Made by a program: the position numbers and the translations under genes. From Macrostomum lignano (taxonomy: Eukaryota): a stretch of DNA of 64,000 bases. The number at the start of each line of letters is the position of its first letter. Within the stretch, counting starts at the first letter, position 1. The notes below the pieces were generated by a model. That model saw nothing but the letters and a program-made list of their open reading frames with translations. It ran no database searches and had not been told where the DNA came from. Of the stretch, positions 34,078-46,385 are shown piece after piece. The DNA lies in the NCBI GenBank assembly GCA_002269645.1, contig NIVC01001297.1:97103-161102 (forward strand). Direction: 5' to 3'.

Positions 34078-34085
34078 CTTATATA
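34078..34085 (-). promoter_or_regulatory. TATA box upstream of the 345-aa ORF
   Basis: TATATAAG on the minus strand ~80 bp before ATG 33999. Confidence 0.5.
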
Positions 34086-34535
34086 CCCACTTCAACCAAA
34101 TCTGTGTTAATAAAAACATAGCTGCTATGTTTTCAGCTTTGCTATGTTTACAGTCAGCCACCCAATGTCCAATGATTTCATCAGCGCATCCAGGTATTGA
34201 GCCCTTGTTAAATTCCCACACGCCCAGCTAAATTCTTTTGAATACGCCGCCAACTTTACCCCACCCAGTCGAGGGTGGCAATAAAACTGATAACTGAGCA
34301 CTCTCTCCTTTCAGCAACAAAGCCGCCGCCGCCGGCAGCTCCCAGACAGCGGGAGAGAGGCTTGGCTACCACTATTTTTGTTTACAGAAGTTTGTTATTA
34401 CCGATAAAATTATACAATAAAGTATTAGTATAATACTGAATACAATAAAATACCGCTGATATTTGCCAATCGTTCAACACAATTTCTAGAGATTCCCCTA
34501 GCTCGCCTCTGTGCATACTTGCGGATTCCCCCATG

Positions 34536-34690
34536 AGGCGCCAATGTACTTTCATTAGGAGTCTACGGAATTCCCATGGCTTTGCCTGCGGCAGAGTTGA
34601 GCTATGCAAACACATAGGCGCCCTTCTGATCCGGGCCCACGGAATTTCCGTGGCTTTCCCTGCGGCAGAGTTGTGTTATCCTCTACTACT
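34536..34690 (-). repeat. Right TIR of the Polinton
   Basis: See left TIR. Confidence 0.95.
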
Positions 34691-35399
34691 CATGCGCCAC
34701 TGTTCCAAGCTGGTGATCAGGACGCCATACAGGGCGTAGACTTGCCCCCCCCCCCCCAGAATGGGCTGGCAAAAGCATATGGCACCCCGTGAAACTGGCG
34801 CTCACTCAAATAAAACTGCGCTTCCCTAAGTGCAGTGGCGCCTCCTGAAGTGTAATGGCAGGCCTTAGCAACTGAAATAAGGCTGCGGTAACGAATTTCA
34901 GGTGTTGTGCTGCTGACTATGGTAAATTTTATTACTGAATAATACAAAGCACATGCAGAGGGTTCAAGAATAAAAGTACACAAAGACTTGACAGCAACTC
35001 TTAGCAGCTGTAGGGCAAAGTGGGAGTTACAATAGCAGCATTTGGAAAGCTGGGAAACAGGTGACTTGCAACACCCTAAAGGAGCCAGAAAGGAATTAAG
35101 AGAGACAAGTTGTCAGAAAGATAGGGATAGGCGAGAGAAAGAGATGCAGGCAATAGCCATAATAAACGGATGAATGAGTTTGCGAAGAAATTCGCGTCAA
35201 TGAAAGAGATGGGGTGGATAATATGAGAGGCAGCAGCTATAAGTACAAATATGTCATTACGTAGAAAGTCGGTACATTTTCCTACGGATCTATTAGGAAA
35301 CTTGAGACACAAGCCTTGAGCTTTATCAGCTAAGGAGAACATCCTCAGTACCTAAAAGCACACCACTCCACAGCCCCAACCACTCCGCAGCACAGGAGA

Positions 35400-35880
35400 A
35401 ACCACCTCCAATACTCGCCTAACCAATCACCCAACACCCCACGACACCCACCACCCCACGGGATCCACCCCACGGCATCCACCACTCCACGGCATCCACC
35501 ACCCCACGGCACACACCACACCACGGCACACACCACCCCACGGCACTCACCACCCCACGGCATCCACACCCCACAGCACACACCACCCCACGGCACTCAC
35601 CACCCCACAAAACCCACCACCCCACGGCATCCACCACCCCACGGCATCCACCACCCCACGGCACACACCACACCACGGCACTCACCACCCCACAACACCC
35701 ACCACCCTACGGCATCCACACCCCACAGCACACACCACCCCACGGCACCAACCACCCCACGGAACCCACCACCCCACGGAACCCACCTCCCCACGGCACA
35801 CACCAAACTAAAACACCACCACCCCACGGCACCCACCACCCCACAAAACACACCACACCACGGCACACTCACCCCACTCA
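35400..35880. repeat. C-rich minisatellite (CACCACCCCACGGCA-like)
   Basis: Visible tandem units. Confidence 0.9.
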
Positions 35881-36239
35881 AAATACTCTCCCTACAGCAA
35901 TATTTTAGACAGTAGTAGTTGTGAAAGATTTTTGCGTTGTAAAGCTGAGAAATATTTTTGATTAATTTCTGAGGTTGTCACATGCACATGTAGCTCGCAC
36001 GACAGATACTAATTTGATGCAAGACAGGCGGGACTTTGATAATACCAAATTGACTGCCGCTTCCAATCCCCTTATCTAAAACTTTCATCGCATGTCAGAT
36101 GAATTGGACAACTGAAGAAGAGCGTTACGCAAAAAATGAACAGCAACGGCTTAACTTTTTGGGGAGGGCGGATTGGGATTGAGAAATACAACGAGAGAGA
36201 CATGGAAAATGCAGTAGTTAGTTATTTTTATCGATAGTT

Positions 36240-36580
<341 letters not shown>

Positions 36581-37249
36581 CTGTACGAGCGAATGAATTC
36601 ACAAAAATTTCCAAAATTAGAAGCGAGAAGATAACTGACTCGTTCAGAGTCGTAAATTTAGTCAATTTGCAGCTCAAAACCGGAGTCAAAAAGCCGCTTT
36701 GAAAAACCAATTAAGAGTGAGGCAGCAAAGCGAAGCGGATTAGACATTGCGCAGAGTCTGACATACGGGTGCGGACACTACCTTAGAGGTAATGGCCAAG
36801 TGGCGACCACCGGTGGTTATGGCGGACTAGAGCAGGGTTACCTGCCCTAAACTGAAACCCGCAAGCTGGACAATAAACAGAAATAATTAATTGCTCAGGC
36901 CATAAAGGATTGCACAGGCGGCCAGCAACCCCCCCCCCCTCCCCAAATGCGTGGATATCATGCATAGCCTGCCCCAGGCTTGAAACAACACAGAAGCACG
37001 CGGTGCTGGGAACCCATAAAACTGGGTTTTTTATCTCCCCTCTCTCTGTCTCTCCCCACTGAGGCGAGGACCCGCCTCTATCGGATACTGAAACACTTGG
37101 ATCACTGCTATAGATAAACAACTTTGATTTCAACTACAACTTCAACTTACCGTTAAAATTTCAAATTGAAATCAGCCGCATGTGGCACCACCTTCAGCCA
37201 TGAGGGTAGACAGATGCCCATTGTGACATTCTCACATTCTTTCCTATCT

Positions 37250-38200
37250 CAGCTGTGATTCTCTAGCCTCATCTAAGATGTGATTCTCTACCCTCATCTC
37301 ACCTGTGATTCTCTAGCCTCATCTCACCTGTGATTCTCTACCCTCATCTCACCTGTGATTCTCTACCCTCATCTCAGCTGTGATTCTCTACCCTCATCTC
37401 ACCTGTGATTCTCTACCCTCATCTCACCTGTGATTCTCTACCCTAATCTCAGCTGTGATTCTACAGCCTCATCTCAGATGTGATTCTCTAGCCTCATCTC
37501 TTAAGGGCAAATGCAGTCACATTAATTTGGGGCTGAATTGGAATCTCGGCTTGGCTCTGCTCGTGCAATTAACGGCCTTGAGAGCCGACCCCCCAAGGCG
37601 CAGTGAAGTGTACATGCCTAACGATAATATAAAGTTAGGGCCGCTGTACACTCCCTGTGTGAGTGTGTGCCTACGTACGTATCCGCGCGCTTGTATGCCT
37701 GCTCAGGGGAGTCGGCGGAATGGGCAGTAATGCCTCTCGCCGGTTGTGTGCCTATGTCGCTTAAAGTGCGCCAGGGTGCACACAACCCCTCTGCCTCTAA
37801 TAAAAAATAAAAGCCTCATCTCAGCTGTGATTCTCTACCCTAATCTCAGCTGTGATTCTATAGCCTCATCTAAGATGTGATTCTCTAGCCTCATCTCACC
37901 TGTGATTCTCTAGCCTCATCTCACCTGTGATTCTCTACCCTAATCTCAGCTGCGATTCTATAGCCTCATCTAAGATGTGATTCTCTACCCTCATCTCACC
38001 TGTGATTCTCTACCCTCATCTCACCTGTGATTCTCTACCCTCATCTCTGCTGTGATTCTCTACCCTCATCTCACCTATGATTCTCTACCCTCATCTCACC
38101 TATGATTCTCTACCCTCATCTCACCTGTGATTCTCTACCCTCATCTCACCTCTGATTCTCTACCCTCATCTCACCTGTGATTCTCTACCCTCATCAATCT
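37250..38200. repeat. Minisatellite, 25-bp unit (CTCATCTCACCTGTGATTCTCTACC), interrupted by a SINE
   Basis: Visible tandem units on both sides of 37501-37811. Confidence 0.9.
37501..37811 (+). mobile_element. tRNA-derived SINE, 5'-truncated
   Basis: Body matches the 16855 and 63247 copies; A-rich tail; flanking duplication AGCCTCATCTC. Confidence 0.8.
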
Positions 38201-38964
38201 CTGATTCTTCATCATACTCTATTTTACCTGTACGTATTCCAGTTTCCCTTACCCCAAATCTATCTCACCGTCTACTTAGCTTACACCCCGCTATCATGAT
38301 AACAATCTTAGCACACAGCAGCTCAAAACAAATCTCTACATAGTACATAAATGAACACAAGCGCCAGACCCAATAACACACCACTCGACCCAATTAACTT
38401 AGCCAGGGTCAAAACAGGGACTCGTCAGAAATCAACGCTCGCATTCGGTACTAATCACCATGGCAACTAATTCAGAGTGGTGTGAGCGGGCTAACAAAAA
38501 GCTCCCCTTTTGGCAATAACACAAGAAGCCTCCATGATTGCTCATCAATCTTAGTAACGCACTCAGCTCAGGTGCCGCCTATAGTTCACAATGGAAATAT
38601 AGAGCTTTCTGATGACACTCTTCCCTAATTGGGATATTTGCCTCTAATCAAAACCAATCCCAGTCATCGGTCTCTTAGAAGGGTGTCAAAATTGACAGAC
38701 CATTTCATACAGCTAGGCAATGATTTTCTGTAAACAAAGGACACATTTGATTGAATTAGCTGGGCCTTGCACTGCCCCATTGTTATCCCATTGGAATACT
38801 GGATATTTTATTGACTTATTGTATTGAAAATGCACCGATATTTGGTAGGTTAAGTTGAAATTATACTACTTAAGATAAGCGTGTGCTACTACTGACGAGA
38901 AGAATATTAAAGCTAAAGAGCTGAACAGAAAATATAAAATGACAAAACTAATTACACTTAAGAT

Positions 38965-39925
38965 GCGCCTGGAGTCTCAGACCTACACACAGACACACCT
39001 GAAGTCTCAGACCTACACACAGACACATCTGGAGTCTCAGAGCTACTCACAGACACACTGGGAGTCTCAGAGCTACTCACAGACACACTGGGAGTCTCAG
39101 AGCTACTCACAGACACACTGGGAGTCTCAGAGCTACTCACAGACACACTGGGAGTCTCAGAGCTACTCACAGACACACCTGAAGTCTCAGAGCTACACAC
39201 AGACACATCTGGAGTCTCAGAGCTACTCACCGACACACCTGGAGTCTCAGAGCTACTCACAGACACACTGGGAGTCTCAGAGCTACTCACAGACACACTG
39301 GGAGTCTCAGAGCTACTCACAGACACACTGGGAGTCTCAGAGCTACTCACAGACACACTGGGAGTCTCAGAGCTACTCACAGACACACCTGAAGTCTCAG
39401 AGCTACACACAGACACATCTGGAGTCTCAGAGCTACTCACCGACACACCTGGAGTCTCAGAGCTACTCACAGACACACTGGGAGTCTCAGAGCTACTCAC
39501 AGACACACTGGGAGTCTCAGAGCTACTCACAGACACACTGGGAGTCTCAGAGCTACTCACAGACACACTGGGAGTCTCAGAGCTACTCACAGACACACTG
39601 GGAGTCTCAGAGCTACTCACAGACACACTGGGAGTCTCAGAGCTACTCACAGACACACTGGGAGTCTCAGAGCTACTCACAGACACACTGGGAGTCTCAG
39701 AGCTACTCACAGACACACTGGGAGTCTCAGAGCTACTCACAGACACACTGGGAGTCTCAGAGCTACTCACAGACACACTGGGAGTCTCAGAGCTACTCAC
39801 AGACACACCTGAAGTCTCAGAGCTACTCACAGACACATCTGGAGTCTCAGAGCTACTCACAGACACACCTGAAGTCTCAGAGCTACTCACAGACACATCT
39901 GGAGTCTCAGAGCTACTCACAGGAA
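38965..39925. repeat. Minisatellite, 30-bp unit (GGAGTCTCAGAGCTACTCACAGACACACTG), near the start of GALT intron 1
   Basis: About 32 nearly identical units; ORFs on both strands are by-products. Confidence 0.92.
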
Positions 39926-39999
39926 CAACGGCTTCCAAATCCCACACCAGGTGTCTCAGGTCCCCAAAGCCTCAAACCAGGTGTGACTCAGCCACCAAC

Positions 40000-40497
40000 C
40001 TGCACCCAGTCGTAGTCCGCCGCCAGCTCGGTCAAGGCCGCCATCCAGGCCCTGATAACCTGTTCAGTATCGGCTTTAGGCAGCCTGGCCAGGGTGACGT
40101 CACTGCGCGGATGATAGCACATCACCTGGCAGCGGCCGCGCGCCTGCGACATGCGAAACAAACCGCTGCCGCAGTCACTGTCAGCGTCGGCTCCATCAGC
40201 GGAGGGCAGCAGAGGCGGCGGAGGCGCCGGTGTGTCCGGCATGAGCGCGGGGAAATCGTTATCGAACAGGTAGGTGCCGGTGTAGTTGGGATTAACGGCG
40301 CCACTGGAACGAGTGGCGCCCGGGCACAGCGGATTAGCATGCGAACTGACTGAAGACTCGGACGGGCCGGCTTCGCGTCGTTCGGTCTGGCCTTGCCAGG
40401 GCCGCTTGGCCCGGTGCGGCGACACCAGCACCCAGTCGCCTGTCAGCGGGTTGAACCGCCTGTGCGGATGGTCCTCCGGCTTGAATTGCGGATGCAT
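40000..40497 (-). CDS. GALT: GALT exon 1 (start at ATG 40497; in-frame upstream ATG at 40572 possible)
   Basis: HPHRRFNPLTGDWVLVSPHRAKRPWQGQ...NPLCPGATR...FDNDFPAL...CYHPRSD...YDWVQ|GTTGGT donor, phase 0 matching exon 2. Confidence 0.93.
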
Positions 40498-40569
40498 GAA
40501 TTGATTGGCAGCGTTGATATGCAGTGTCAGTGTCTTGGTCCCAGGGCAGTCTTCATCAGAGTCCCAGTC

Positions 40570-41915
40570 CATTAGAATCCCAGTTCAGGCTAGATTGCAA
40601 TCCGTTAACCCGCCATTAGAATCCAAGTTAAGCCATTAATTAGAATTCCACACCAGCCTCCGTTAGAATCCCACTTCAGCCTCCAAAAGAATCCCATTCA
40701 GCACCCATTATAATTCCACACCAGCCTCGATTAGAATTCCACACCAGCCTTCATTAGAATTCCACACCAGCCTTCATTAGAATTCCACACCAGCCTCGAT
40801 TAGAATTCCACCTCAGCCTCCAAAAGAATCCCATTCAGCACCTATTGAAATCCACCTCAGCCTCCAAAAGAATCCCATTCAGCACCTATTGAAATCCACC
40901 TCAGCCTCCAAAAGTATCCCATTCAGCTCCTATTGGAATCCACCTCAGCCTCCAAAAGTATCCCATTCAGCACCTATTGAAATCCACCTCAGCCTCCAAA
41001 AGAATCCCATTCAGCACCTATTGAAATCCACCTCAGCCTCCAAAAGAATCCCATTCAGCACCTATTGGAATCCACCTCAGCCTCCAAAAGTATCCCATTC
41101 AGCATCTATTGAAATCCACCTCAGCCTCCAAAAGAATCCCATTCAGCACCTATTGAAATCCACCTCAGCCTCCAAAAGTATCCCATTCAGCACCTATTGG
41201 AATCCACCTCAGCCTCCAAAAGTATCCCATTCAGCATCTATTGAAATCCACCTCAGCCTCCAAAAGTATCCCATTCAGCATCTATTGGAATCCACCTCAG
41301 CCTCCAAAAGAATCCCATTCAGCACCTATTGAAATCCACCTCAGCCTCCAAAAGTATCCCATTCAGCACCTATTGAAATCCACCTCAGCCTCCAATAGTA
41401 TCCCATTCAGCACCTATTGGAATCCACCTCAGCCTCCAAAAGTATCCCATTCAGCATCTATTGGAATCCACCTCAGCCTCCAAAAGTATCCCATTCAGCT
41501 TCTATTGGAATCCACCTCAGCCTCCAAAAGAATCCCATTCAGCATCTATTGGAATCCACCTCAGCCTCCAAAAGTATCCCATTTAGCACCTATTGGAATC
41601 CACCTCAGCCTCCAATAGTATCCCATTCAGCACCTATTGGAATCCACCTCAGCCTCCAATAGTATCCCACTCAGCACCTATTGAAATCCACCTCAGCCTC
41701 CAAAAGTATCCCATTCAGCTTCTATTGGAATCCACCTCAGCCTCCAAAAGAATCCCATTCAGCATCTATTGGAATCCACCTCAGCCTCCAAAAGAATCCC
41801 ATTCAGCACCTATTGGAATCCACCTCAGCCTCCAAAAGAATCCCATTCAGCATCTATTGGAATCCACCTCAGCCTCCAAAAGTATCCCATTCAGCACCTA
41901 TTGGAATCCACCTCA
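40570..41915. repeat. Compound minisatellite (CATTAGAATTCC units grading into a 44-bp unit)
   Basis: Visible; 44-bp period gives 44-aa-period ORFs. Confidence 0.9.
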
Positions 41916-43244
41916 ACCCAGTCCGTGGTTCGATTTCGAGCGCAGCCGCATTAGTTATCAATTCACGCTGGAAGATGGACTTAAAAGGCTACGAGATCTA
42001 GGCTAAGGACAGACAATCCCCGAGAAACAGAGCAAGAAAATTACCAAATGACAGGTTCTAAAATAGCTAGAAAATAAGCTCGTAACACAAAGCATGCAGT
42101 TTCGGAATTGAATAAAAACACAATCAAATCAATGACAAAAGATCGAGGCCCGCATTTATTTTTTAAAATCTAAAATTGTACTTCCTGTCTACAACAAAAG
42201 AAAAGCTGAGAAATGAGTTGCAATAAAATACAAACCATGGGCACAGAGGGGGTGGGAAAAATCACTTCTTACAGATCAATGGAAGCTAGCCTAATGCTGA
42301 ATGCTCTCGGGCGGATAGGTGAATTTCTTCTACAAGAAGAGAAGAACCAAGCAGATTGAAAACTAATATACAAATTTTAAAAAATAAATACGTTTTAATT
42401 TAAACGAATCTGCACCGAATATTATATACTACTACTACTATACTACTACTACTTAGTAGCGGGCTAATCAAAAAACACAATATGTTAGCGCAATTTTCTT
42501 TTTATAATTATAAAAAACTACGCAATACAAATTACCCGTAAAGAAAGTTAAGCCAAATAGTAGTATGTAATTTGATAATGAGTTATGAGTTTTAATAAAT
42601 GATGACTAATTTTATTGCTTATTAAAAGTACACAACACTCGTACTCTTTGGGTTTCTAGACACTAAATCGATCGATAAAAAATTCTGTGTAATGAAAAGG
42701 CCACACACACTTATAGGACACAGTGTTATGCATAAGCATTACCTACTAGTATAAAGAGAAATATCAACATTTGTTACTAGCAGTAGCATGATAAGTAGCA
42801 GATGTTTTGGCCTACAACTCATCACTAATTGGCAAGCATTCTCGGAAAAATCTGTGTCAAAACCGATGCTCACTCACAACTAGATAGCATATTTTTTAAA
42901 AAATAAATGAAATATGGGCGATAACTGCTACTGCAAATGAGTAGGATGATAAGCTTCTGTAGTATTTCATCACATAAAGGCGAATCTGATAGTTAATATT
43001 TTATTTATAAAGCCACAGTAAAACCAGTGGATTATAACAAGTTTCATACTTGTGATGGATTATTAACGTCAGTGGAATAGGATCATTCCAAGGTAACTAC
43101 TTCATGTAGTATGTCTACTAACACTCTAGACAGCTCTGTATTATTCGATAAATAAATATTTGCAACGCATTCTTGCCTATATATTTAATGGGATATTTTT
43201 AATGCCAGTCTACAAGATGGGATAAATAATGATGAACTAAAACT

Positions 43245-43715
43245 GAGGATCTGGGAGGCTGTCCCAGCAACTGAGGATCTGGGAAGCTGGCCCAGCAACT
43301 GAGGATCTGGGAGGCTGGCCCAGTAACTGAGGATCTGGGAGGCTGGCCCTAGCAACTGAAGATCTGGGAGGCTGGCCCAGCAAGTGAGGATCTGGGAGGC
43401 AGGCCCAGCAACTGAGGATCTGGGAGGCTGGCCCTAGCAACTGAAGATCTGGGAGGCTGGCCCAGCAACTGAGGATCTGGGAGGCTGGCCCAGTAACTGA
43501 GGATCTGGGAGGCTGGCCCAGTAACTGAGGATCTGGGAGACTGGCCCAGTAATTGAGGATCTGGGAGGCTGGCCCAGCAACTGAGGATCGGGGAGGTTGG
43601 CCCTAGCAACTGAGGATCTGGGAGGCTGGCCTTAGCAACTGAGGATCTGGGAGGCTGGCCCTAGCAGCTGAGGATCTGGGAGGCTGGCCCTAGCAACTGA
43701 GGATCTGGAAGGCTG
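43245..43715. repeat. Minisatellite, 28-bp unit (GAGGATCTGGGAGGCTGGCCCAGCAACT)
   Basis: Visible tandem units. Confidence 0.9.
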
Positions 43716-43884
43716 AAGTAATTAAGTGAGCAAAGTTATGAGTAGACTGTTGTACAACACTCAACAAAAAAGACATTTTACAAACAGACATAACACAACA
43801 AAACAGACAAGCCAATAACGGGATCAGTTTAGTGAGCAGTTCAAGCAAGCCAGGCTAGCAGAGGCAGCACGAAGCCAATGGCGC

Positions 43885-44097
43885 TCACTTGCCGCCTTGC
43901 TGGTCGCTAAACATTGGCGTTCTTCTCAGCAGCCACTGCACCAGATCGAATGTTGCAAACGCGATGCCGTTAGCGATTGGCCCTTTGACGAAGTTCATTG
44001 ACAAGCCTTTGTATAGGCCGTGCACAATTCCCTCGTGCTGGTAGGTGAGCCGCAGGCAGTGCCAGATGCCTTTGGTATACTCAGGATGGCCAGTCAC
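43885..44097 (-). CDS. SLC25A42: Mitochondrial CoA carrier, exon 2 (last)
   Basis: VTGHPEY...[26 protein letters not shown]; acceptor TAACAG|. Confidence 0.9.
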   Translation of the reverse strand: MTGHPEYTKGIWHCLRLTYQHEGIVHGLYKGLSMNFVKGPIANGIAFATFDLVQWLLRRTPMFSDQQGGK

Positions 44098-44169
44098 CTG
44101 TTAATAGAAGTTATTATAATGCTAGAATAAGTCGCGAAGACCACACTTGTGAATTCAGTTAAATGAGCT

Positions 44170-44580
44170 TAGCTGATTGAATCCATACAGCGGGTAAGGG
44201 GGCGGATCCATGCAGTGGGTAAGGGGGCGGATCCATACAGCGGGTAAGGGAGCGGATCCATGCAGCGGGTAAGGGGGTGGATCCATACAGCGGGTAAGGG
44301 GGCGGATCCATGCAGCGGGTAAGGGGGCGGATCCATGCAGTGGGTAAGGGGGTGGATCCATACAGCGGGTAAGGGGGCGGATCCATACAGCGGGTAAGGG
44401 GGCGGATCCATACAGCGGGTAAGGGGGTGGATCCATACAGCGGGTAAGGGGGTGGATCCATACAGCGGGTGAGGGGGCGGATCCATGTAGTGGGAAAGGG
44501 GGCGGATCCATGCAGCGGATAAGGGGGCGAATACATACAGCGGGTAAGGGGGCGGATCCATACAGCGGGTAAGGGGACGA
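44170..44580. repeat. Minisatellite, 25-bp unit (GGATCCATACAGCGGGTAAGGGGGC), in the SLC25A42 intron
   Basis: Visible tandem units. Confidence 0.9.
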
Positions 44581-44614
44581 ATGAGTAAAAAGCGGATCAG
44601 GGGGCTGATTCTTC

Positions 44615-44876
44615 TATTAGAGAAAGGGGGTTGTGTGCACCCTGGCGCACTTTAAGCGACATTGTCACGCAACCGGCGAGAGGCATTACTACCCATTCCG
44701 CCGACTCCCCTGAGCAGGCACACAAGCGCACGGATAGGACCGCAGTCATACGCACAGGCACACACTCACACAGGAGTGTACAGCGGCCCTAACTTTATTT
44801 ATCGTTAGGCATGTAAACTTCACTGTGCCTTGGGGGTCTGGCCCTCAAGGGCGTTAATTGCACGAGCTACGGCCCC
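44615..44876 (-). mobile_element. SINE copy with internal deletion of the tRNA head
   Basis: Minus strand reads GGGGCCGTAGC joined directly to TCGTGCAATTAAC, followed by the full body and CTCTAATA tail. Confidence 0.75.
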
Positions 44877-45001
44877 ACTGGAGTGGCGGATGGTGGTCAA
44901 TTGCTGTGCGCGTCAGTAAAGAGCGGATCAGGGGGGGGGGGGCGGGGGTGAAGTGTAGCAGACAAATCGCAGACAGAAATTCTCGCCTCCCCGATGCCCA
45001 C

Positions 45002-45829
45002 CTGAGCGGTCTGCATCCGCCGCCGGACAATGTCCAACGGGTAGCTGCTAGTCTGGCCGAACAGGCCGGCCACTCCGCCGAACACGAACCTGGGCAGGGT
45101 GCCGGGGTCCTGTCCGGTCTGCCGTCTGTACCGCCGTTTCAAAGTCTCGTAGGTGTAAAACGAGGTGCCAGCGTAGGGCAGGGAGCCGGCTAAGGCCGGT
45201 GAGAAGCCGCGATAGAGCGCCAGAGCGCCCTCTTGACGCCAGATGCAGCGCAGAGCGTGGCCCAGATTCCTATAAGTATTAGACTTGGTGACCGCCATGC
45301 GAGCCCTGGCCATGTCCAGCGGGTAGGTGCAAGTGACGGAGGTCACACCGGCCAGGCTGCCGGACACGAACCGGCGCCAGTGGGCGGACTCAAATCGACC
45401 GCCGTCGACGTGAAGCAGCCGTTTGTACTGCTCGTGAGAGGCGAACTGAACAGACGAATAGGGCACAATCCTGGCCAGGGTGGCTGTGTTGCCGCGCCAC
45501 AATCTCAGCAGGCCTTCGCTTCTGTAGGAGTCGCGCAGGAAGGCTAGACAGGCGCGCAAATTAAACCGGGTCTCGTGCGTCTGGAACCAGATCTTTGTCC
45601 GGTCTAGCGGCGCTATGGTGGTCTTGGCCGTGGCCCCGGCCACTGCGCCGGCCAGGAAGGAGGAAGTGAAAGCGCGAGAATGACTCAGGCCGCTAGATGT
45701 ACCGGCCGATGACGAGGAGGCTGGGGCGGGCGGATTGCTGGTGTCGGCGCCGGTCAGTGCGACGGCGCCAGCAGCGGGAGCGCCACCGCCGGCTGCTGAC
45801 GGGCCGGAAAAGGCCACAGACTCTGTCAT
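45002..45829 (-). CDS. SLC25A42: Mitochondrial CoA carrier, exon 1
   Basis: Carrier signatures PLDRTKI, PLDMARAR, PLDIVRRRMQ; GLLRLWRGNTATLARIVPY; donor CAG|GTGGGC, phase 0; total 346 aa. Confidence 0.92.
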
Positions 45830-45974
45830 GTGACCGGAAGTAGCTTTAGCATACGAGCGCGGAACTTATTCGCATGCGATTAATAATACGAAAAAGGATT
45901 AGTTCATGCACTACCGATATGTATCGATTAAATAAAAACGAGTTTGACATATATAAAAAAATTAATAAGGAGCC

Positions 45975-46385
45975 GATGGTAGGGGCGGATCAGTAAACAG
46001 CGGATGACAGGGTGGGGCGGATCAGTAAAGAGCGGATGATAGGGGCGGATCAGTAAAGAGCGGATGATAGGGGCGGATCAGTAAACAGCGGATGACAGGG
46101 TGGGGCGGATCAGTAAAGAGCGGATAATAGGGGCGGATCAGTAAAGAGTGGATAATAGGGGCGGATCAGTAAAGAGCGGATAATAGGGGCGGATCAGTAA
46201 AGAGCGGATAATAGGGGCGGATCAGTTAAGAGTGGATAATAGGGGCGGATCAGTAAAGAGCGATGTTGGGGCGGATCAGTAAAGAGCGATGTTGGGGCGG
46301 ATCAGTAAAGAGCGATGTTGGGGCGGATCAGTAAAGAGCGATGTTGGGGCGGATCAGTAAACAGCGGATGATAGGGGCGGATAAG
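45975..46385. repeat. Minisatellite (GGGGCGGATCAGTAAAGAGCGGAT..) upstream of SLC25A42
   Basis: Visible tandem units. Confidence 0.88.

Larger units (their letters stand above)
18731..34690. mobile_element. Complete Polinton/Maverick (adintovirus-like) element, 15,960 bp, in GALT intron 1
   Basis: Termini AGTAGTAG.../...CTACTACT; ~155-bp TIRs; perfect 6-bp TSD CATGCG (18725-18730, 34691-34696); uninterrupted INT, mCP, MCP, PRO, ATPase and pPolB ORFs. Confidence 0.97.

Noticed and set aside
38939-40015. 358-aa ESQSYSQTHW repeat ORF and 329-aa antisense ORF
   Set aside because: 30-bp intronic minisatellite of GALT; units are identical at the DNA level, unlike the prohormone repeats
40889-44561. 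Several repeat ORFs (STSASK..., MDPPPYP..., GPASQIL...)
   Set aside because: Translations of the 44-, 28- and 25-bp arrays
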